Source: Bryobacterales bacterium
Lineage (GTDB): Bacteria; Acidobacteriota; Terriglobia; Bryobacterales; UBA6623
Length of the DNA stretch: 64,000 nt
NCBI GenBank assembly: GCA_965242625.1
Contig: CBDEST010000005.1
Coordinates: 4,467,767-4,531,766, forward strand
Direction of reading: 5' to 3'
The notes beneath the pieces were generated by a model. The model had not been told where the DNA came from. It did no database searches and worked only from the letters and a program-made list of their open reading frames with translations. The first letter of the stretch is position 1. Each line of letters opens with the position of its first letter. The position numbers and the translations under genes are program-made. Of this stretch, positions 40,699 through 49,998 are shown piece by piece.

Positions 40699-42246
40699 TC
40701 AGGCTCGCGAGGAGGTCGGCAGTTCGGTCGGCGGCCGCGAGCCTTGCCAGCCCTCGCGATGCATGTGGGCGAGGCCGTTGACCAGAGACACGTACTCCGG
40801 TCGATTCGCGATGTTCCGCCATTCGACCGGGGCCTCCTTGTAGTCGTAAAGTTCGACGGTCTTATACGGGCTGTCGAGGCCTGCCCATTCGGTGTAGCGA
40901 TGCCTGCTCGTGCGCATCGAGTAGCCCATGCCCGGGCCCACGCCGGGAATCGTGCGCGGATGCTGGCTGTAAGCTGCGCGCTTCCAAAGCCTCTTGGGGT
41001 CGTCGAAGATCGGTTGCCAGCTTGATCCGTCCAATGCTTCGGGCTTGGGCAGCCCGCAGAGCGAGCAGAGGGAAGGGAAGAGGTCTACGGATTCGACGAG
41101 AGCGCTCGTCTTGCGCCCGGCGTTGCGCTGGCCCGGGGCGCGCACGACCATTGGCGCGCGAGTCGCCGCTTCGTAATTCGAATGCTTGTTCCAGAGTCCC
41201 AACTCGCCGAGATGCGAACCCGTCACAGCGAGTGCCGCGATCACCGTGGTCTCGGCGAGGCCTTGCGATTCCACCGCGTCGATCAAGGTTCCGATCTGGG
41301 CGTCCACGAAACTGACGCACGCCCGGTAGGCGCGAATCAACTCCCTAGCCTTTTCTTCGGGGATCGGGCCATCGTCAGGGATGTCCGCGAACGCGCGAAT
41401 CTCCTGCGAGCCATGCAATGCGAAGGACGGCGCGTCGAGCGGCGGATCCGGCGCCTGTGGCGCGCCGCCGGCTGGATAGAGGTCGTAGAACGGTTTGGGA
41501 GCGACAAGCGGCAGGCCGGGCCGCGAAAAGCCGACCGCGATCACGAAGCGCTCGTTCTTCAGAGCCGCGATGGCACTCGCGGCTGCCTCTGAAACCCGAC
41601 AGTCGGATAGATCCTTGCCGGATGCTTCGGAAATTCGCCAACTCCGCTCTGGCTCGGTACCTCCGTCCGACATCTCTGCGGTGGATTCCGCGCTGGCGAG
41701 CCATCCCCGGGACTGCAACCGCGTCCAGCGCTCCTCTGCCAAGGACGTCCCCGCCGAGCTTCTCCAAGCCGGGTCGCCGGGAATCCATGGCGCGATGCTC
41801 CAAGACTCGCGGTCATCAAGGGCAGGACGGCCAAATACGCTTCCGAACGCGGTCGTAACGTATCCGTGGTGGCGAAAGTGCTGCGGGATCGTGACGGCGT
41901 CCGGAACCGCGCGACGAAAATGGGCGCGGTCGTCGTACACGCGGATCGTGTCCGGCCGCAGGCCGGTGAGCAATGACGCCCGCGAGGGGCCGCTAGCCGC
42001 CTGCTGGCAGTAGTTCCGCAGGAACGTCATGCCCGACTTGGCCAAGCGGTCGATGTGCGGCGAGCGCACACGGGCACTTCCAAAGCAACCCAGTTCCGGA
42101 CGTAGGTCCGGAACCAGGATCAGCAGGACGTTCTTTTGTGGAAGCGACTCGTCTGGATCTTGCGCCAGAGCCGCACTGGCTGCGCCCGCGACGGAGAGTC
42201 CGCTCTGTCGAAGGAATTCGCGGCGCGAAGAAGCCTTCCGTTGCAT
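40699..42246 (-). CDS. iduronate-2-sulfatase-like sulfatase, Tat signal, Ser at the formylglycine position
   Basis: Twin-arginine signal MQRKASSRREFLRQSGLSVAGAASAALA. NVLLILVPDLRPELGCFG..RSPHIDRLA and QQAASGPSRASLLTGLRPDT align by eye with the human IDS segments VDDLRP and [20 protein letters not shown]. Confidence 0.85.
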   Translation of the reverse strand: MQRKASSRREFLRQSGLSVAGAASAALAQDPDESLPQKNVLLILVPDLRPELGCFGSARVRSPHIDRLAKSGMTFLRNYCQQAASGPSRASLLTGLRPDTIRVYDDRAHFRRAVPDAVTIPQHFRHHGYVTTAFGSVFGRPALDDRESWSIAPWIPGDPAWRSSAGTSLAEERWTRLQSRGWLASAESTAEMSDGGTEPERSWRISEASGKDLSDCRVSEAAASAIAALKNERFVIAVGFSRPGLPLVAPKPFYDLYPAGGAPQAPDPPLDAPSFALHGSQEIRAFADIPDDGPIPEEKARELIRAYRACVSFVDAQIGTLIDAVESQGLAETTVIAALAVTGSHLGELGLWNKHSNYEAATRAPMVVRAPGQRNAGRKTSALVESVDLFPSLCSLCGLPKPEALDGSSWQPIFDDPKRLWKRAAYSQHPRTIPGVGPGMGYSMRTSRHRYTEWAGLDSPYKTVELYDYKEAPVEWRNIANRPEYVSLVNGLAHMHREGWQGSRPPTELPTSSRA

Positions 42247-42284
42247 CGCGGGAATAGCCTCGCCGAGCGCTGCAAGCGCGTGAG

Positions 42285-42617
42285 TCAGGCTACGTGGTTC
42301 TCAAGCGTCTTGGCTAGCTTGGACTCCGGCACTGCGCCGACGATCTGTTCCACCGGCCTGCCGTCTTTGAACAGCAGCATCGTAGGAATGCCGCGGACGT
42401 TGAAGCGAGCGGCGCAGTGGGGGTTCTGGTCGACATCGATCTTGCCGACCTTGACCCGCCCTTCGTACTTCTCGGCGAGCGAATCGATGACCGGGGCCAT
42501 CTGGCGGCAGGGGCCGCACCAAGTCGCCCAGAAGTCGACGAGCACCGGCTCGCCGGCTTGCAGCACTTGGGCGTCGAAGTTTTGGTCTGTGAATTTATGT
42601 GTGTGGGAAGCGGGCAT
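42285..42617 (-). CDS. trxA: thioredoxin
   Basis: 110 aa, WATWCGPCRQ active site, typical TrxA length and sequence. GGAGGA lies upstream of the ATG. Confidence 0.95.
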   Translation of the reverse strand: MPASHTHKFTDQNFDAQVLQAGEPVLVDFWATWCGPCRQMAPVIDSLAEKYEGRVKVGKIDVDQNPHCAARFNVRGIPTMLLFKDGRPVEQIVGAVPESKLAKTLENHVA

Positions 42618-42880
42618 GGGATCCTCCGGGGGATTGAAGTCTCAGCGTAGCAGAACGATGTAGTGGTATCGGCGAGTCCGGCTCGCGTTGCACAGCGGCT
42701 AGGTTCGAGCGTTGCGGAACGAGTCCTGTGGATGGCAAGAGAAGTGCGGCCGGGGATGTGAACCGGACGTGCGGACAATCCTGTGTCGCAGGTAGGGCCG
42801 TAGGCGGATGGCGGGGCTTTGCGCCCGGATCATTCTGCCAAGAGCCATGCGGAACCCCGCGTTGGTGGAATGAGCGCATG

Positions 42881-42901
42881 GCCCCGCGAAACATCCGGGG
42901 C
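42881..42901 (-). terminator. hairpin directly downstream of the orphan gene (terminator-like, no U-tract)
   Basis: GCCCCG (42881-42886) pairs with CGGGGC (42896-42901) around a 9-nt loop, 5 nt after the stop of the 42907..43377 gene on the minus strand. No T-run follows, so this is weak. Confidence 0.25.
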
Positions 42902-42906
42902 GAGCA

Positions 42907-43377
42907 CTAAGGCAGCGTAGGCCCCGTGCGCTCGAGAAACTGCATCCGCCGCTCCCACAGATCGTTCGAAATATCTTGTGTGAGCAGCATGGGGGACTCT
43001 GATCGCGGCGCGGCGAGAATATCGGCAAATGCTGCGTCGACATCAGGTTTCGCACGCAGTAAGAGACGATCTACAGCGAGGGCGGTCCCGCCGTAAGCGA
43101 CACCCTCGTCAGACTCGTCGAAGCGAAGCTCAAGCTGTCGGTGGAGTTCTTGCAACAGCTCGTGACGTGACACTCGGTGCTTCTCGTCGGAGGGGTGCCT
43201 ATTGATGCCACCGAGCTTTGCATCGTTTCGGTCGAGCGTTTCCTCTATCCGTGTGAAAATCGCCTTCATTTTGGAGATTTCGCAACGTAAGCCCTCCAAC
43301 GAAATGAGTAACCACACGCACATAGCGAAAGTTAGCGTCGGTAGAACGACCTCTTCCAATGCGCTCGTCCAAGACAC
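42907..43377 (-). CDS. orphan hypothetical protein with an N-terminal hydrophobic helix
   Basis: 156 aa. One predicted TM/signal-anchor (VVLPTLTFAMCVWLLISL), then a helical, charged region. The 5' half is about 49% GC by hand count (43201-43377), far below the window average. No recognisable family. Confidence 0.5.
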   Translation of the reverse strand: MSWTSALEEVVLPTLTFAMCVWLLISLEGLRCEISKMKAIFTRIEETLDRNDAKLGGINRHPSDEKHRVSRHELLQELHRQLELRFDESDEGVAYGGTALAVDRLLLRAKPDVDAAFADILAAPRSESPMLLTQDISNDLWERRMQFLERTGPTLP

Positions 43378-43498
43378 CTGCAGGGCGACTCCTGTCCTTC
43401 AGCATACCTGAATCGCTCACGGCAAGGTCAGCCGCCGACGGCCGAGAGAGCCGAGGCAGTTGGACAATCTCGGAACCAACGGGCTCGCGAGACCTGAC

Positions 43499-46105
43499 TC
43501 AATCGCTGAACCGTCGCTGCCAGTCATCGAGCAGCGCGATCGCCTCGAACGGGCTCAGCCGCTCTAGATCAAGGCTGCGCAACTCCTCCGAGAGGCCTTT
43601 CGGCATCACATCGAAGACCTTTCCCTGTCTTGGTGTCGGAGAAGGCTCGCCCGAACCATCCGCGGGTGCCTCGGAACGCTCGTGTTGCGCGAGCACGTCC
43701 CGGGCACGCTCGATCACATCGGCAGGGAGACCGGCAAGCCGAGCGACCTCGATGCCGTAGCTCTTGTCGGCGTTGCCGGGTTTGATCTGCCGGAGGAAAA
43801 CGAGCCGGTCTCCGGCTTGGCGTGCGGAAACGTGGAGGTTGAAGATTCCCGCATGGGCTTCGGGCAACGCCGTGAGCTCGTGGTAGTGCGTCGCGAACAG
43901 GGTCTTCGCACGTACCTTCTGGTGGATGTACTCGGCAACGGCCCAAGCGATCGCGAGTCCGTCGTAGGTGGCGGTGCCGCGTCCGATCTCGTCCAGCAGG
44001 ATCAGGCTGCGGTTGGTAGCGGTATTCAGGATCTGGGCCGTTTCGGTCATCTCGACCATGAACGTCGAGCGCCCCAGCGTGAGATTGTCGCTCGCTCCGA
44101 TGCGCGTGAAGATTCGATCCACGAGCGGCAGCACGGCCTTGCGAGCTGAAACGAAAGAACCGATTTGAGCCATGACGGAGATCAGCGCGATCTGCCGCAG
44201 ATATGTGGACTTGCCGCCCATGTTGGGCCCCGTGATCACGGCTAGCAGGCGCCTGTCCCCGTCCAGGTAAGCGTCGTTCTCGATGAACCTGTTGGTCCCG
44301 CTTTGTTCCAGCATGCGTTCGACCACCGGATGCCGACCTCCCTCGATCTGGAGCCCCCCGTCGCTCCTAAACTGCGGGCGGGAGTAGTCGTGCTCCACGG
44401 CGACCTGGGCGAGCCCGCGCAGCGTGTCGAGCTCGGCGATGGCTCCGGCGGTCGTCCGGATCCGTTGCGCTTGGTCCGCGATTTCCAAGCGAAGCTGCTC
44501 GAACAGCGCCGCCTCGAGGTCCGCGATCCTCCCTTCGGCATCCAGGACCTTGGCTTCGAGTTCCTTCAGCTCGACGGTCGTGAAGCGCTCCGCGTTCACC
44601 AGCGTTTGCTTCCGGTCGTAGCTCTCCGGGACCTTGGCTAGATTCGCTTTCGAGACCTCGATGAAGAATCCGAAGACGCTGTTGAATCGGACCTTGAGCG
44701 ATTCGATTCCAGTCGCTTGGCGCTCGCGACGCTCCAACTGGGCGATGACCCCTCGGCTATCGCGCTGGATTTCCCGCAGGGTGTCAAGGTCCTCGTTGAA
44801 GCCCGCCGCAATCACGCCGCCGTCACCGAGCGTGGCGGGCGGATCCTCCGCGAGCGTTCCGCCGATGCGGTCCGCTATGTCCTCCAAGGAGTCCATCGTT
44901 ACGAGAAGGGCGGCGATTCGCTTTCCGGGCAGAGCCTGGGCGAGCGTTTGCAAGGTTGGAATCCGCCGTAACGAAACGCCCAGCAGATACGTGTCCCGAG
45001 GGTTCGCCGACCCGAGCGTGATGCGCGCCAAGAGTCGCTCGAGGTCGTGTAACTGTCGAAGTTCGCGATGGAGTTCGGACCGCGTGATGGTGTGGTTGAA
45101 CAGACCCTCGACACCCTCGAGCCGCTCTTCGATTTCTTGCAGGTTGAGGCTAGGCCTCCGCACCCAGTTGCGGACGAGTCGCGCCCCCATCGGCGTCGCC
45201 GTCCGGTCTAGCGCGTGCAGCAGTGTCGATGCTTGCTCTCGGTAGAGCGGATCGAACAATTCCAGATGACGCACCGTCACGGGGTCGAGGACCATCCAGT
45301 CCGTTTGCTCGAAGTAGCGCGGACGGTCTAGGTGCTGGAGGGCGGTGCGCTGGGACTCCTTCAGGTAGTGGACGAGCGCGCCGGAAACCGCTACGACCAA
45401 CTCCTTTTGGGAGAATCCCAGGCCGTCCAAGCTGTGCAGTCCGAATGTCTCGAGAAGGAGGGACTCGCTGTACTCGAACTCGAAAATCCACGGCGGCACC
45501 TCCGTGCAGGTGTACGGCTGGTCAGGGGTCTCCGCTCCATCAACCAGCTCCACGCCGGGCAGCTGCGAGTCTTCGGCCCGCAGCACCTCCTTCGCACCGA
45601 CGGAGCGCAGCAAGTCCTCCACCTCCGACTCGGCGATTTCCGTAGCCCGAAACTCGCCTGTCGACACGTCCACGTAAGCGAGCCCAGCGCGGCCCTTGGC
45701 GCAACGCACAGCCGACAGGTAGTTGTTTTCTCCGGACTTGAGCAGGTTCACGTCGCTCGTCGTGCCCGGCGACAGGACGCGCACGATGGAGCGACGCACC
45801 AAGCCGCGCCCCTTCTTGGCCTCCTCGACTTGGTCGCAGATGGCGATGCGGTGCCCCTTTTCGAGTAGCTTGGCTAGGTACGACTCCGCAGCATGCACGG
45901 GCACGCCGCACATGGGAACGGAATTACCCTTGCCGTCGCGACGCTTGGTCAGCGTGATCCCGAGAGCCGCGGACGCCGTGTGGGCGTCCTCGTAGAACAA
46001 CTCGAAGAAATCACCCAGTCGGAAAAAGAGAAGGCAGCCTGGGCATTCCTGCTTGGCAGCGTGGTATTGCTGCATCACAGGGGTTTTGGATACGCGTGTG
46101 GCCAT
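43499..46105 (-). CDS. mutS: DNA mismatch repair protein MutS
   Basis: 868 aa. N-terminus TPVMQQYHAAKQECPGCLLFFRLGDFFELFYEDA (mismatch-binding domain), Walker A ITGPNMGGKSTYLRQ, STFMVEM, DEIGRGTATYDG. Confidence 0.97.
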   Translation of the reverse strand: MATRVSKTPVMQQYHAAKQECPGCLLFFRLGDFFELFYEDAHTASAALGITLTKRRDGKGNSVPMCGVPVHAAESYLAKLLEKGHRIAICDQVEEAKKGRGLVRRSIVRVLSPGTTSDVNLLKSGENNYLSAVRCAKGRAGLAYVDVSTGEFRATEIAESEVEDLLRSVGAKEVLRAEDSQLPGVELVDGAETPDQPYTCTEVPPWIFEFEYSESLLLETFGLHSLDGLGFSQKELVVAVSGALVHYLKESQRTALQHLDRPRYFEQTDWMVLDPVTVRHLELFDPLYREQASTLLHALDRTATPMGARLVRNWVRRPSLNLQEIEERLEGVEGLFNHTITRSELHRELRQLHDLERLLARITLGSANPRDTYLLGVSLRRIPTLQTLAQALPGKRIAALLVTMDSLEDIADRIGGTLAEDPPATLGDGGVIAAGFNEDLDTLREIQRDSRGVIAQLERRERQATGIESLKVRFNSVFGFFIEVSKANLAKVPESYDRKQTLVNAERFTTVELKELEAKVLDAEGRIADLEAALFEQLRLEIADQAQRIRTTAGAIAELDTLRGLAQVAVEHDYSRPQFRSDGGLQIEGGRHPVVERMLEQSGTNRFIENDAYLDGDRRLLAVITGPNMGGKSTYLRQIALISVMAQIGSFVSARKAVLPLVDRIFTRIGASDNLTLGRSTFMVEMTETAQILNTATNRSLILLDEIGRGTATYDGLAIAWAVAEYIHQKVRAKTLFATHYHELTALPEAHAGIFNLHVSARQAGDRLVFLRQIKPGNADKSYGIEVARLAGLPADVIERARDVLAQHERSEAPADGSGEPSPTPRQGKVFDVMPKGLSEELRSLDLERLSPFEAIALLDDWQRRFSD

Positions 46106-46126
46106 CCGGAGCCTGCGGAACTCCTT

Positions 46127-46163
46127 TGATCATATTTTCGGCTGTACGGGCGAGCGTGATCAT
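46127..46163. repeat. two copies of the GATC-containing heptamer TGATCAT, 30 nt apart, in the mutS upstream region
   Basis: TGATCAT occurs at 46127-46133 and 46157-46163. The core TGATCA is palindromic. The copies lie 22-58 nt upstream of the mutS start codon, in the divergent intergenic region. Confidence 0.3.
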
Positions 46164-46317
46164 TCCGTACCGTGACTCGGTCTCGCTTGGCCCGTCGGCT
46201 CGCCCCACAGCAGAACTGCTCGCCAAGCTGCAGTCCCTTGGTGCGGCGGACCGCGCAGCCCCGGGGAATGCCCGCTCCGCCGCACTTGCGCTGTAATAGA
46301 GACAGCGGAGGTTGGCG

Positions 46318-46824
46318 GTGGCGAGATTCTCCATTATGGCCACGGGCCTGGGATCTTCGATAGTCGCGGCAGTCCTAGCCGCGATCTTGACCGCGAGCGG
46401 CTGCTCGGTTTCGAGCGGTCCCGCAGCGTCGGGAATCCAAGGCCTTTGGGAAGTCACGTCCGTAAAGAACCTAACTACGGGCGAGATGCAGCCCCACCGG
46501 CGCGAGTACCACCTATTCGGTGAAACGCACCAGATGGTGGTGCTGGCCGGGGAGAACCGCCCGAAGCTCGCCAAGTCGCTCAGCGACATGACCTCCGAGG
46601 AATTCCTGACCCAGCAGCCGATCGGGGCGGGGCTCTATCGCTACGAGGCCGCGGGCGGTCGCATCACGCGCACGAACGTCGCGGCCCTGTCGGCTTACTA
46701 CGAAGGCGGCACCTTTCCCGGAGAGATTGAATTGAGCGGCGACACGCTCGTGCTCCGGGACAGTCATTCCGCTGACGGCCATGAGCGCGAGTGGACGATG
46801 CGCCGCGTGGTCCCGGCCAACTAA
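46318..46824 (+). CDS. small lipoprotein of unknown function
   Basis: The ORF track starts at TTG 46312. GTG 46318 lies 6 nt after GGAGG (46307-46311), and ATG 46336 is also possible. Lipoprotein-type signal ..SSIVAAVLAAILTASGC. The stop overlaps the start of the downstream TonB-dependent receptor (TAATG at 46822-46826). Confidence 0.65.
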   Translation: MARFSIMATGLGSSIVAAVLAAILTASGCSVSSGPAASGIQGLWEVTSVKNLTTGEMQPHRREYHLFGETHQMVVLAGENRPKLAKSLSDMTSEEFLTQQPIGAGLYRYEAAGGRITRTNVAALSAYYEGGTFPGEIELSGDTLVLRDSHSADGHEREWTMRRVVPAN

Positions 46825-49800
46825 TGCGAATTGTGAAATTCCCCCACGCGCTGCGCCGCTTGCGAGCGGCGACCGTCGTTGCGGTGATCGCCCTGCTGGC
46901 AACCGGCCGGCTCTGCGGTCAGTTCGACGCCACTCTTGAAGGGAAAGTCACTGACCCCCAGCAGCGCGGAGTGCCGACCGCCGAAGTCCGCGTGACCCGA
47001 GTGGGCACGCCCTTGGAACGCTTGGTAGTCACCGACGGCGCCGGACGCTACGTCGTTGCGTCCCTGCAGCCGGGCTCCTACGAAGTCATCGTCGAGCGCG
47101 ACGGATTCCGCCAGGTCTCCGCTTCCGGCATTGAGTTGTTCAGCGGTCGCACTGCGATCTACGACGTCGAATTGGAACTGGGCCCGACGCAGGCGACCAT
47201 CGAAGTATCGGCGCAGTTGCCGCTGGTTTCCACGAATCCGATCGACTGGGGCGGCTTGGTCCCGGAAGGCAGCTTGCGCGACCTACCGCTGAACGGTCGC
47301 GACCTTTACGAACTGTCGGCGCTCGAGCCGGGAGCGACATTGCCGGCGTCTGCCCGGACCGGCTTGGCGCAAGGGATCGGCCGCCAAATCTCGGTGCTGG
47401 GCGCCCGTCCCAACCAGAACAGCTTCCAACTCGATGGCGTCTATGTGAACGACGCGGCTTCGGCATCGCCCGCGAGTGCCGCCGGCAACGTGCTGGGCTT
47501 GGAGATGGTGCGGGAAGTGCATCTGGTCACCAACCCGTACAGCGCTGAATTCGGGCGTTCCGCCGGAGGCGTGTTCACCGCGGTTTCCCGCTCGGGCGCG
47601 GAAAAGTACCACGGCGCCGTGTACGAGTACTTCCGCAACAGCGCTCTCGATTCCCGCAACTACTTCGACTCGCCGACCGCCGGGATTCCGCCGCTACGGC
47701 GCAATCAATTCGGCGCGGTGCTCGGAGGGCCTGCCGCGAGGCGAGACATGTTCTTCCTCGCGAACTACGAAGGGTTGCGCGAACGGCGCGGCCGCACGGC
47801 GCGCCCCGCGGTGCCGACAGGGGAGGCCCGGCTCGGTCACCTGCCTGGCGAGGATATCCCGGTAGCGCCCGAGGTGCAGCCGTATCTGGCCTTGTACCCG
47901 CTTCCGAACGGTCGCGATTTCGGCGATGGCACGGCGGCTTCGATCCGCCAGCTCGGAGACCGCGTCGATGAGTCGTACGCGTCTCTCAAAGGCGATTGGA
48001 TCTTGGACTCCGCGACCCAGATGTCGGTGCGCTACACCTTCGACAACGCGACGAGCCGCGCTCCCGACCCGATGGATCTGTGGGTGTTCGGCCTCGATTC
48101 GAGCGATCACTTCCTGCATACCCAACTCAAGCGGGTGCATTCGCCCGCCACGCTGTCGACATGGCGGGCTGCGTTCAGTCGCGTGGACAACTTCGAGAAC
48201 AGCACGACTTCCGTCGCGCCGGAACTCTCCTTCGTTGCCGGTCAGCCGATGGGATCGATCACGGTCAACGGCCTCGGCAACATGGGCGGATTCCAGGCTC
48301 GCGCGCGGCCCAGACGCTTCATTTTAGAAAGCTATCAGTTGAGCAATTTGATCGTAAGTACTTCCGGAAGCGGTACTTGGAGAATGGGCGGTGGCTTTGA
48401 CCGGGTGCGCTTCAACCAGCGCTCGGACCTCAGCGCTGTCGGGTCGTACACCTTTGACTCGCTGGCTCTGCTGCTGCAAGGCCGGCCGCGCATCGCCGAA
48501 GTCATGCAGCCGGGGTCGGACACCGTGCGCGGCTGGCGCTACAACCAATTCTCCGCATTCGTACAGCGCGAGTTCCGCATCGCTGAATCCATGGGCGCGA
48601 GCCTCGGCTTGCGGTACGAGTCGGTGTCGACTCCGACCGAGGTCAACGGCAAGGTCGCCGTGCTGCGGGACTTCGTGAACGACTCGCAGACCACGGTGGG
48701 CGGCCCGCTTTGGAAAAATCCCTCCTACGACAATTTCGCGCCGCGCGTGTCCGTGGCGTGGGATCCGGTCGGCGATGGCCGCACCGTCTTGCGGGCGGGC
48801 GCGGGGATCTTCTTCGATCTGCTCGGAAGCCGCGAGCTGACCATCGCCGGCGTGCGTACGCCTCCGCTCTTCAACCGGATCCTGGTGTTCGGGAGACCGC
48901 GCTTTCCGGACATCCTCCAAGCCGCTGCCGGGCGGAATCCATCGAAATCGATGGACGGCTTGGACTACGATCTCAATCAGCCCTATGTCGCGCGGTGGCA
49001 GGTCAACCTGGAGCGGCAACTCGGCCGGAGCGCCGTCGCCCGCGCCGGGTACAGCGGGGCGCGCGGCATCCACCTCTTCGGCCAGCTGATCAGCGCGAAC
49101 ACGCCGATTCCCGAGGTCGGGAGCGACGGGCGCGCATACTTTCCCGCGGGCAGCCCGTATGTCAATCCCGCCTTCTCGCGCATCGGCTTGCGACGGTCGC
49201 AGTTCAACTCGTTTTTCCAAGCGCTGACGCTGAGCTTGGAGAGCCGCTTCGGCAGTCGCTTCGCCATGCGGGGCAAGTACACCTGGAGCCGCTCGATAGA
49301 CGAGACGTCGAATCACACCTTTAACGACTTCGTGGCGAGCGACCAAGTTCCCACGGCTTGGAACTATCGAGCGAACCGGGGGCTCTCGGACTTCGACCAA
49401 GACCACGTTCTCGCCGCGAGCATGTCATGGTCCCCGTGGTCCGGGCGGGGCACTGCGCTCGGGACTTCTCTTGGCGGCTGGGAACTGCACGGCATGGTCC
49501 GGGTCGCCACGGGGACGCCGTTCGCGCCGCGGGTCGGTTTCGACAGGGCGCGACTGCGCCCCGGGTTCGGTGACGTAGGCCAGCGTCCGGACTTGGTCGC
49601 GGGCCGGGCGGCGGACGATATCGTCCTCGGCGGCCCGGCCCGCTACTTCGATGCCGGCGCCTTCAGCTTGCCCGACGCGGGCTACTTGGGCAACTTGGGG
49701 CGGGGCACCTTGCGTGGCCCCGGCGTGTTCATGATCGACCTCGCCCTGCACAAGACGCTTTTCTCGACGGAGCGGCACGCCTTGAAACTGCGCGGCGAAG

Positions 49801-49952
49801 CGTTCAACCTGACGAACCATCCCAACTTCCAAGTGCCGTCCGGTCGCGCCCTGTTCACCTCCAGCGGCGGACGCATAGGCAGCGCGGGGCGCATCACTTC
49901 GACGAGCACTCCGTCGCGGCAGATCCAACTCGCTCTGCGCTGGGAATTCTGA
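46824..49952 (+). CDS. TonB-dependent outer-membrane receptor, Oar-like (carboxypeptidase-regulatory-like N-terminal domain)
   Basis: ORF 46791..49952 is trimmed to ATG 46824 (signal MRIVKFPHALRRLRAATVVAVIALLATGRLCG). CarboxypepD_reg-like domain (LEGKVTDPQQRGVPTAEVRVTR..TDGAGRYVVASLQPGSYEV), then LPLNGRDLYEL and a long barrel ending ..LALRWEF. Confidence 0.9.
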   Translation: MRIVKFPHALRRLRAATVVAVIALLATGRLCGQFDATLEGKVTDPQQRGVPTAEVRVTRVGTPLERLVVTDGAGRYVVASLQPGSYEVIVERDGFRQVSASGIELFSGRTAIYDVELELGPTQATIEVSAQLPLVSTNPIDWGGLVPEGSLRDLPLNGRDLYELSALEPGATLPASARTGLAQGIGRQISVLGARPNQNSFQLDGVYVNDAASASPASAAGNVLGLEMVREVHLVTNPYSAEFGRSAGGVFTAVSRSGAEKYHGAVYEYFRNSALDSRNYFDSPTAGIPPLRRNQFGAVLGGPAARRDMFFLANYEGLRERRGRTARPAVPTGEARLGHLPGEDIPVAPEVQPYLALYPLPNGRDFGDGTAASIRQLGDRVDESYASLKGDWILDSATQMSVRYTFDNATSRAPDPMDLWVFGLDSSDHFLHTQLKRVHSPATLSTWRAAFSRVDNFENSTTSVAPELSFVAGQPMGSITVNGLGNMGGFQARARPRRFILESYQLSNLIVSTSGSGTWRMGGGFDRVRFNQRSDLSAVGSYTFDSLALLLQGRPRIAEVMQPGSDTVRGWRYNQFSAFVQREFRIAESMGASLGLRYESVSTPTEVNGKVAVLRDFVNDSQTTVGGPLWKNPSYDNFAPRVSVAWDPVGDGRTVLRAGAGIFFDLLGSRELTIAGVRTPPLFNRILVFGRPRFPDILQAAAGRNPSKSMDGLDYDLNQPYVARWQVNLERQLGRSAVARAGYSGARGIHLFGQLISANTPIPEVGSDGRAYFPAGSPYVNPAFSRIGLRRSQFNSFFQALTLSLESRFGSRFAMRGKYTWSRSIDETSNHTFNDFVASDQVPTAWNYRANRGLSDFDQDHVLAASMSWSPWSGRGTALGTSLGGWELHGMVRVATGTPFAPRVGFDRARLRPGFGDVGQRPDLVAGRAADDIVLGGPARYFDAGAFSLPDAGYLGNLGRGTLRGPGVFMIDLALHKTLFSTERHALKLRGEAFNLTNHPNFQVPSGRALFTSSGGRIGSAGRITSTSTPSRQIQLALRWEF

Positions 49953-49998
49953 GCGAGACCGAGCTTGGGCGCCGCGCCCGGCTGATAGACTGTTTCTC

